Assembly: GCA_002269645.1 (NCBI GenBank)
Contig: NIVC01003702.1
Span: forward strand, 1 to 56,739
Origin: Macrostomum lignano
Lineage: Eukaryota
DNA length: 56,739 nucleotides
Direction: 5' to 3'
Every line of letters begins with the position of its first letter. Position 1 is the stretch's first letter. A model generated the notes under the pieces. The model did no database searches and was not told the DNA's origin. It worked only from the letters and a program-made list of their open reading frames with translations. This document shows, one piece after another, positions 49,901 through 56,739 of this stretch. The position numbers were made by a program, and so were the translations under genes.

Positions 49901-52900
49901 TGTTTAAAAAGTGGAATTACTTTGCTCAAAAGTACAATTACGGTGCAATTGAGGCAATTTCTAAACACAACTCACTTTCTCCAGTTGAAATCCTCAGAGC
50001 TGGACACCTTATTGTCTGCCAAGCTGGTTAAGATGTCGCGATTGTGCACATTCACTATCAGCATGGCCTCGAGTGCAAGACGGATGTGTTCGCTGAGCGG
50101 CGCCGAAATCACCCCGGCCACCTGGTTGAGCAGCTGGACTGTACTCATGGAAAATTTCACGACACCTTTGTGTGGATCTGACGAGTTCAGTGCGGCATCG
50201 ACGCTTCGGGTGAAAATTATTTGAGTCTGGAATGAATTTTTGTCCTCTTGTTAGGTTATTGAAATCTTTGTTCGGTCTTTCTATTTGAAAGGTACACAAA
50301 CCTATGCGCCGTACATTGATAGGGTATCAGGGTCTCTAGATAGGGTGTCAGGGTCTCTAGATAGGGTGTCAGGGTCTCTAGATAGGGTGTCAGGGTCTCT
50401 AGATAGGGTGTCAGAGTCTCTAGATAGGGTTTCAGGGTCTCTAGATAGGGTGTCAGGGTCTCTAGATAGGGTGTCAGGGTCTCTAGATAGGGTTTCAGGG
50501 TCTCTAGATAGGGTGTCAGGGTCTGTAGATAGGGTGTCAGAGTCTCTAGATAGGGTTTCAGGGTCTCTAGATAGGGTGTCAGGGTCTCTAGATAGGGTGT
50601 CAGGGTCTGTAGATAGGGTGTCAGAGTCTCTAGATAGGGTGTCAGGGTCTCTAGATAGGGTGTCAGAGTCTCTAGATAGGGTTTCAGGGTCTCTAGATAG
50701 GGTGTCAGGGTCTCTAGATAGGGTGTCAGGGTCTCTAGATAGGGTGTCAGGGTCTGTAGATAGGGTATCAGGGTCTCTAGATAGGTTGTCAGGGTCTCTA
50801 GATTTATCTTGAGGGTCTTTTAACATCCTTGACTGTATAATACTATATAGGTCACTATAGATGGGGTGCCAAGGTAAATAGAAAGGATAGAAAATACTGG
50901 TCCCTCGGCTACTTTCCAGTGATTACGTCACTAGACTTTGAAGACTCACCACAGTCAGGATGACTTGACCAGCGTGATCAACCAGCCAGCTCTGCAGCTG
51001 ACTCACGCCCTTGCCAGCATAGCCTGGGTGCTCAGCGAGACCCTGGCGAATGTGCCTGGGCGATTTGTGTTGGGTATTGTGACGCATTAGATTCTTTCAA
51101 TGTCTGGAGGGGCTATTGTACTCAAACTACCACACGAATAGGTGGATCTCACGTCCCGGAATAGCCATCGTTAGCCATTAAGGAACTCAATTCTTGAGAA
51201 ATCTCACACTTTTTAAGATCTCGAACATTAGAAACTTCATACATCTTAAGAATCTCATATACTTTGATAATCACCCAGACTGAGAATAGGAATTCAACCG
51301 CTTGGAAATATCTCACCTTCGGAATCTCACAGTTTAAGAATCTCACACCTAAGGAATCTCACACCTAAGAAATCTCACACCTAAGGAAGCTCACACCTAA
51401 GGAATCTACCAACTTAGGAATCTCACACCTTAGGAATCTCACACCTAAGGAATCTCACACCTAAGGAATCTCACACCTTAGGAATCTCACACCTTAGGAA
51501 TCTCACACCTTAGGAATCTCACACCTTAGGAATCTCACACCTTAGGAATCTCACACCTTAGGAATCTCACACCTTAGGAATCTCACACCTAAGGAATCTA
51601 CCACCTTAGGAATCTCAAACCGTAGGAATCTTACACCTTAGGAATCTCCCAACTTAGGAATCTCACACCTTAGGAATCCCACACCTTGGGTAATCTCTCG
51701 CATTTAAAAAATTTTCCATAATAAGAATATCTTCAGTCATTCCTAACGTTAGGATAATGTTTGCTCAAAGCAAAGTACAAGCAATTATTTAAACAAAACA
51801 CTGTCCCAAAATTGCTCACTTCTTCACGGTGTCGAACATTCCGCCCTCGACGCTGCCAAGCCACTGCTCCACTGCGCCTCTTGCGCGCAGATTTCTGCAA
51901 TTCAGAGTGCATTCGATTTTAAAATCGTTTCGGTTTTAGAGCAAAAAAGCATTTTAGATGAATCTTTGTTGCTTGGACAGACTATGAAGACTGCTTTTAG
52001 ACGTAAAAACGCAGACCAAATGCTAATCTTAAGATAATATGACTTGTTACAATAATTACTGACCTATAGACGGATAGATGTGCAACCGACAGCTCAGCCG
52101 CAGCTATTGCGCGGCACGTCTGAAGGCTGCGTACGGCTGTTCAGTCCAAGGACTGGGGGGGGGGGGGGGTCACCACACACACCCTCAATTACCCCAGCTA
52201 ATGCTGGCACCCATTTTACAGCTGGGTGAACTGAAGCAATGCAGAGTTAAGTGTCTTGCTCAAGGACTCAAATTGTTCCGAGGGGGGTCGAGAATCGAAC
52301 CCCCGACCTTTCAGCCGTGAATCCGTGAATCATTCTACTTTAATTCGACGTCACAACTCACTTTGGCATGCTCATAATTTCCCCCTCAGCGCTGGCCATA
52401 TTGAACACTGTGGGCGGTTGCCTTGGCAACTGGCGAATGTCCAGCTGCTTTACGTTGCTGAACAGCTTCGGCAGGTGCGGCTGTACGGCATCCAAATTCT
52501 TGGCCTGCGCCAGGATGTCCAACAGTTCGTCGTTGCTAAGGAAATAAAATCTGGGAAAGATAAGTCGTTTAGTTTCCAGGTAGTCTTCCAGGCATTTCTG
52601 CACCTTGTCCAGCTGGATGTTGCACTGTTGAAGAGTTTCAAACGTGCCAGCGGAAGTTCCGCATCGAAGCGCGTTCGGTCGGTCGTCAACCTTGCGCATG
52701 AGCTCCTGCCACTGCTTGTCCACCCAGGCGAACGCCTTCGATTCTGCCGGCAGCTGGCGTTGAATATCGGGCGTGTGAAACACCTGCTCCAGGTAGAGCC
52801 AGTTCCTCTGGCAGGACATCCACTCGTCCAGGGTGCGAGAGAACAGGTTCAACCTGCGCTCCCACTCTTCGACTTGGTTGCGAATCGGTCCGACGTATCG

Positions 52901-55900
52901 CGATGACCGGATTGTGCCGACTGTAAGCTGCGATTCCTCTAGCTGCGCTTGGATGTCCTCAGCACCGGACACGATCCAGGTGCCGCGAGCTTGATGACTG
53001 ACAAGCCGGAATTCGGTGCTTTGCCAGAGCTCCACCACTTTGCGCAGCATCTGCTCCAGAGTGGCCTCGTTGCTAGCAGTTGTGGAAATCTCTTGGATTG
53101 TGTTGCGATGCCGAAGCACCTGGCGGGTTTTGGGGAAGAGGGGGTCGAGTTTGGAATTAACGTTTCGGTTATCCTGGATACATGATTCATCATGCATATC
53201 CAAGGCTCCTACATCCTCAATAGTTATCCCATCATCCAGTCATCTCATCCCGTCATTCATCATCTAATCAACCCATACTTCTATCATCCCATCCTCCAGT
53301 CATCCCATCATCCATCATCCCAGCATCCAATCATCCTATCATCCCAGAATCCCATAATCCCATCATCTAATCATCCCATCATCCCATCATCTAATCATTC
53401 CATCATCCCATCATCTTATCATCCCATCCTCCAACCATCCCATGCATCATCCCATAATTCTAGCATCTTCTCTTCCCAATCATCCCATCCTCCAATGATC
53501 CCATCCCGTCATTCCATTATGCCACATCAAACAAAAAATTAAGGCCAAACAACCATCGCGCATCATCACTAAGCCACCGCACTCACATTTGTCTCGATAA
53601 GATCCACCAAGGTCAACAGCTCATCCTGGCTGATATTCTTCTGCACAATGTCGTCAATATCTTTCCAATGCCGCGGCTTCAAATTTGGATTCCTAAGCGC
53701 CAGCACAACCGGCATCCCGGTTTTGAACTCCATCACCTCCTCCTTGAGGTGCGGCAGAACGTCGTTATGAGGCAGGCCTTTCTCTAGCATGAAAACTGTC
53801 TGGGTGAACTTGGCGACGCTCTTCTGTAGACTGTCCACGTTCAACTGGTGCAGTGGCGTCAGCTCCAGCTCCTTGTGCAGCTGGCGCCATTCCTCCAGGC
53901 TGTCCCAGAGTAGGCGGCGCAGCGTGAGGTCGCGCTCCAGCTCAGCCAGCTCCTGCTGAATCGCTTTGGCAGTGCTGCTGGCACCTCCGGAGTCTCTGTG
54001 GGCGGATGCGGGAAGCAAGAGGGTGGCATCTGGGGATGTGGCATCTGGGATGTGGCATCTGGGGATGTGGCATCTGGGGATGTGGCATCTGGGGATGTGG
54101 CATCTGGGGATGTGGCATCTGGGGATGTGGCATCTGGGGATGTGGCATCTGGGGATGTGGCATCTGGGATGTGGCATCTGGGGATGTGGCATCTGGGGAT
54201 GTGGCATCTGGGGATGTGGCATCTGGGGATGTGGCATCTGGGATGTGGCATCTGGGGATGTGGCATCTGGGGATGTGGCATCTGGGGATGTGGCATCTGG
54301 GGATGTGGCATCTGGGGATGTGGCATCTGGGATGTGGCATCTGGGGATGTGGCATCTGGGGATGTGGCATCTGGGGATGTGGCATCTGGGGATGTGGCAT
54401 CTGGGGATGTGGCATCTGGGGATGTGGCATCTGGGGATGTGGCATCTGGGGATGTGGCATCTGGGGATGTGGCATCTGGGGATCCTAAAATCCTAAAATC
54501 CTAAAATCTCAGATCCTGAGATGTGGGATCGAAATAAAAAAGTGGGATTTAGAATTATCTTGGAGCATTCACTCACTCGGAGAAGAAGCGAGCTTGTCTA
54601 GCCTGGGCCTGGCTGCCGAATCGCTCCTGATAGGAGGCGTAGCTGCGCGCTTTGATGCTCAGTCCGCCGACTTTCTCCTGGAGCTCGCGGATCGCTTCGA
54701 CCGCAGTTTTCTCTGCGGTCGCTCGACTTAGAAACATCGGCTGATTGACCTCCACTCTCAGGTCGGTGATCTCGTTCCTAATCTTGTTGATGAGGCTCTC
54801 CAGGTCAGCGCTGAAGCGTTGCACACTTTCTTCCTTCTTGGCCTCGTGGTACATGACGATGTTCTTCAATCGTTGGTAGCTCGGTCCCAGAGTTTTGTAC
54901 AGAGCCATGCTTTCGGCTTCCAACTGTACACCGAAATCTCTGGCGATGGTGAACATCCTATTAACAACTAGGAACTCTTTTTCCATAGCGGGCAGCTCGG
55001 CGGCCGTCTTGTTTAAGAAGGTCAAATGATCGACAAACTGTTCGACGTTGTCCGGCGTGATGTCCAACCGTTTCGATGCGTCGTGCACGTGGTTAAGCAG
55101 GGCAACGTTTCTGGCGTGAGCCTGCCGCGGCAGGATTTCGCTTATCTGTCCCAGCACTCGAGACGGGTGCGGCAGACACGACGAAGCGAAATCTTCGGTT
55201 GATACGCTAACAAAATCTACGCGCTGCTCTGGCACCATGGATTTCATAGCCGAAACGTGCTCGGTGAAGGTTAGCAGCGCCCGATGAAAATCTTCCGTCT
55301 GCCACGGACGCTTAGCGTTAGCCTTGTGAACGTCCAACTGCTTAGCTGTGTCCACCATGCCGCAGAAACGGATAAACTGGCGAGCGAAAGCGGCCACGTT
55401 TGACTCTGATCGGTCGACGGTGCTGCTCAGCTCCGACAGAGCCGCCTGATGCGCCGCGTCGCTGTCGAAGAGCAGCTGACGATTTGGCCAGGTCATTTCG
55501 CCACGAGAGTGGCCACCGTCTCGTCGTCTTTGTCTTCCTCATCGGCAACGGATTTGTTGTCGGCAGATGCGCCGGAAGCAGGTCTCGACTGCGACTGTCG
55601 CTTGTCGTATTTGCGATAGTCGAACACGCGCAGTCGGTCGCATTTTAGCAGGCTGGGCGCTTCGAGTGCGCATTGCTCGGTGGCTGAGACGAGCTCCGTT
55701 AGGCGCATTCGAAGCTCGGAATGCTCGGGCTTAGTGACCGGCAGGGCGCGAAGATCCTTGCTACCCATTTTCTCTTCTGGTGCGTCGTCCCCGTGTCTCG
55801 ACGCATTCTCGTTGTCATCGTCGTCGTCGTCCTGATTGTCGTCGGTCTCAGACGAGGTTCCATCGCTCCCATCGTCTTCGTTGACGTCTTCATCCTGTAG

Positions 55901-56739
55901 ATCGTCGTCTTCGTTAGCAGCGTTGCTGTCCGCGTCGGCAAAAGTTGAAGCGCCAACGCCGCCAAATGAAATTGACGATGAGGTGGCCGTGGTCTGCCGT
56001 CGACGTTGGCTGGCTTGGGCGGAGGCCGGCTCTGAGGGAGAGCAAGAAATACGGGTAATTTTTACTAAAACGTACTCTTAACATAACATAGCATTACCTA
56101 GCATAACATGACGATAACATAACCATAATAACAGTCGGACCTAACTTTTGCTTCCAAAGTATTAGTGAATACTGAAATTTTCTGCAATGAAACTATAAAA
56201 GACGAAAAGGAAAAACATAGACGCTATTGCTTACAAATGAAATATGCGCGCTCGTATGACATTTGTCCGTGAACCTTTGCCTCCAGAAAGTGTGCCAACC
56301 CCTAAAGCTAACTTAATGATGCGACAAAAAGCAATAATGCCTAGAATTAGGCTGAACACAACAAATTTTATTTATGAATAAATTTTTTTCGCGGGTAAAT
56401 GCCACTCAACAAATCGCCATATATTAAGCAATTTAATGAGACAATAAGTTGGCACAACTTTATTGTTTTACCATTTTTGTTTACGACACAAAAATAATAA
56501 GGATCGTAAATTTATTCCCAAAGAGAAAGCTTCTTTCTTCAAATCAACTACATCAGGCATAGAGATTATATGGATTATTATAGTCAATAAAACTCACTAT
56601 AAACGGCCCCTCTAGTATCAGCAGCGCGCCGCCGCTCAGCCGCAGATACAAAGTCGAGCTGCAGTCGCAGCTTCAGCGCAGCCTCAGGCGGTCGTGTGAC
56701 CTGACGCTGAGCTTTTACAGCGGCCAGCACGGCGTCAGG
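24896..56739 (-). CDS. DNAH14: Axonemal dynein heavy chain, most similar to DNAH14 (single-headed inner-arm type); 5' end lies beyond the window
   Basis: Exons (minus): >56739-56598, 56031-54577, 53995-53587, 53119-52362, 51894-51820, 51055-50950, 50226-49976, 49158-48391, 43662-43452, 42454-42195, 41586-41509(?), 41108-40878, 39081-38898, 38169-37592, 37493-37434(?), 37121-36403, 35391-35016, 34914-34662, 34567-33539, 33462-33281, 33206-31991, 31917-31514, 31423-30200, 29224-28450, 28034-27471, 26297-26064, 25120-24896, all GT-AG with matching phases. P-loops [32 protein letters not shown]; stalk/MTBD; C-terminal CPVYRT...GHSTNFV...RGAALLC. Dynein identity is near certain; the DNAH14 assignment rests on recalled signatures (WP...[29 protein letters not shown]...VSLGRGQ). 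Confidence 0.9.
25285..25830. repeat. 33-36 nt minisatellite ATGA(C/T)ACAAATCAAGGTTATC...GATGATGAT in the last DNAH intron
   Basis: Visible; variant switch from TAGTGATGACAAT to GAACGATGATGAT. Confidence 0.95.
26486..27425. repeat. Minisatellite: GGTGTTTTAGCATGGA core plus 0-6 nt variable linker
   Basis: Visible; a few linker types (GGA, GGAGAA, TATAG) recur in higher-order order. Confidence 0.97.
29780..30060 (-). mobile_element. CORE (MIR-like) tRNA-derived SINE, family B, copy 1
   Basis: Plus strand CCCATTTCACAGCTGGGTGAACTGAAGC...GAATCGAACCC resembles the antisense MIR core; GGTTCGATTC B box on minus; homologous to 52075-52345. Confidence 0.8.
30200..34567 (-). CDS. DNAH14: DNAH AAA4, stalk/MTBD, AAA5 and AAA6 exons
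   Basis: [11 protein letters not shown]; [12 protein letters not shown]; LMIDPQQQG; [14 protein letters not shown]; [13 protein letters not shown]. Confidence 0.97.
34662..37121 (-). CDS. DNAH14: DNAH AAA3 exons
   Basis: [12 protein letters not shown]; [22 protein letters not shown]; HYTYNLRDL. Confidence 0.95.
37592..42454 (-). CDS. DNAH14: DNAH AAA2 exons, with polyQ/acidic inserts and frameshifts
   Basis: [15 protein letters not shown]; LNPK..LGELFG..FEWTDGL; [28 protein letters not shown]; [13 protein letters not shown]. Confidence 0.92.
39480..39662. repeat. Three about 62-nt tandem units ending in a perfect 19-bp hairpin
   Basis: AAATTAGCGGGCAGTTAAT (39622-39640), AAC, ATTAACTGCCCGCTAATTT (39644-39662). 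Confidence 0.85.
40575..40804. mobile_element. Small MITE-like inverted-repeat element
   Basis: TAATACCCATGCTTT..GGGCGTTAATG at the left and its reverse complement at 40777-40804; TSD not clear. Confidence 0.55.
40896..40958 (-). repeat. Coding CAG/CAA repeat, 21 glutamines
   Basis: Counted from the sequence; lies inside DNAH exon 41108-40878. Confidence 0.93.
41690..42120. repeat. 22-23 nt minisatellite TTAGAAGTCAGCAGATCCCCAA
   Basis: Visible. Confidence 0.97.
42540..43035. repeat. About 30-nt minisatellite CAGTAAGCCTTGACATCTCAGCAATTCCCC
   Basis: Visible; related to 2865-3115. Confidence 0.97.
45371..45709 (-). mobile_element. SINE family A, copy 2
   Basis: Near-full-length match to 1751-2056, with a tRNA-like head on minus. 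Confidence 0.8.
46896..47849 (-). mobile_element. Internally deleted Tc1/mariner (ITm)-like element with about 141-bp TIRs and a decayed transposase N-terminus
   Basis: Arms 46896-47234 (interrupted by a MITE) and 47709-47849; TA flanks; broken reading [34 protein letters not shown]../[14 protein letters not shown]../[10 protein letters not shown] resembles a paired-like HTH. Confidence 0.75.
46974..47167. mobile_element. 194-bp Harbinger-like MITE
   Basis: 19-bp perfect TIR GGGCCGTATGCAGAAAGCT; TSD TTT; the opposite TIR arm of the host preserves the empty site GGAGCTTTTGTCTATGG. Confidence 0.9.
48391..49158 (-). CDS. DNAH14: DNAH AAA1 exon
   Basis: [20 protein letters not shown]; [16 protein letters not shown]; [10 protein letters not shown]; [10 protein letters not shown]. 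Confidence 0.98.
49235..49885. repeat. 16-nt minisatellite with two domains: GCACCAAGGGGCTTTA then GCACCAAGGGGCGCCA
   Basis: Visible; switch at about 49630. Confidence 0.98.
50318..50805. repeat. 21-nt minisatellite TCTCTAGATAGGGTGTCAGGG
   Basis: Visible. Confidence 0.98.
51320..51690. repeat. 16-nt minisatellite GGAATCTCACACCTTA with degenerate left flank
   Basis: Visible. Confidence 0.95.
52075..52345 (-). mobile_element. CORE (MIR-like) SINE, family B, copy 2
   Basis: CCCATTTTACAGCTGGGTGAACTGAAGCAATGCAGAGTTAAGTGTCTTGCTCAAGG...GAATCGAACCC; homologous to 29780-30060. Confidence 0.82.
52362..53995 (-). CDS. DNAH14: DNAH linker (DHC_N2) exons 53995-53587 and 53119-52362
   Basis: [11 protein letters not shown]; [13 protein letters not shown]; [16 protein letters not shown]. 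Confidence 0.95.
53205..53520. repeat. Degenerate CATCC(C/T)A-rich simple repeat
   Basis: Visible low-complexity tract. Confidence 0.85.
54021..54481. repeat. 15-nt minisatellite GGCATCTGGGGATGT with occasional 14-nt units
   Basis: Visible; source of the [15 protein letters not shown] ORFs. Confidence 0.98.
54577..56031 (-). CDS. DNAH14: DNAH exon: acidic tail insert plus stem; frameshift near 55496
   Basis: One open frame from acceptor 56032 to ...LVAK*, then shifted frame [13 protein letters not shown]...RFFSE with donor GTGAGT. Confidence 0.85.

Noticed and set aside
19176-54504. Repeat-derived ORFs at 19176-20409, 42512-43038, 49589-49968, 50285-50826 and 53859-54504
   Set aside because: They coincide exactly with intronic minisatellites
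37899-55498. Programmed ribosomal frameshifting in the dynein
   Set aside because: No X XXY YYZ slippery heptamer at the sites, and three or more serial recoding events in a conserved motor are implausible
55468-55518. A 41-nt GT-AG mini-intron that would restore frame near 55496
   Set aside because: Weak donor (GTGGCC), and it would delete the conserved WP motif; a single-base indel is simpler
27467-55648. Numerous plus-strand and off-frame ORFs over dynein exons
   Set aside because: Antisense or shadow ORFs of GC-rich coding exons; the off-frame pieces that matter are explained by the frameshifts

Overview
Eukaryotic (animal) genomic DNA with spliceosomal GT-AG introns, AT-rich introns and dense minisatellites. 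The style suggests a free-living flatworm such as Macrostomum, but that is inference only. Five protein-coding genes were reconstructed by hand: (1) a PACS-like gene reduced, as far as visible, to the N-terminal cargo-binding domain plus acidic cluster (minus; exons 9916-9822 and 6819-6030); (2) a single-exon DEG/ENaC channel subunit (minus, 12139-13989); (3) FOXRED2 (plus, 4 exons, 16511-20397); (4) a divergent Mab-21/cGAS-like (cGLR) protein with a degenerate nucleotidyltransferase motif and a C-terminal hydrophobic two-helix tail (plus, about 21443-23700, start not found); (5) an axonemal dynein heavy chain most like DNAH14 (minus, about 27 exons, 24896 to beyond 56739), with at least three single-base frameshifts at short homopolymers. 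Non-coding DNA holds about 8 kb (my rough sum) of tandem arrays, two tRNA-derived SINE families (one CORE/MIR-like), hAT/Charlie-like elements that carry an internal satellite, and a 3-4 layer nested stack of Harbinger-like and Tc1-like elements in one dynein intron. No CRISPR, rRNA or genuine tRNA gene is supported. The best candidate for novel biology is the membrane-anchored, probably pseudo-catalytic cGLR. Family assignments come from recalled motifs, not database searches.
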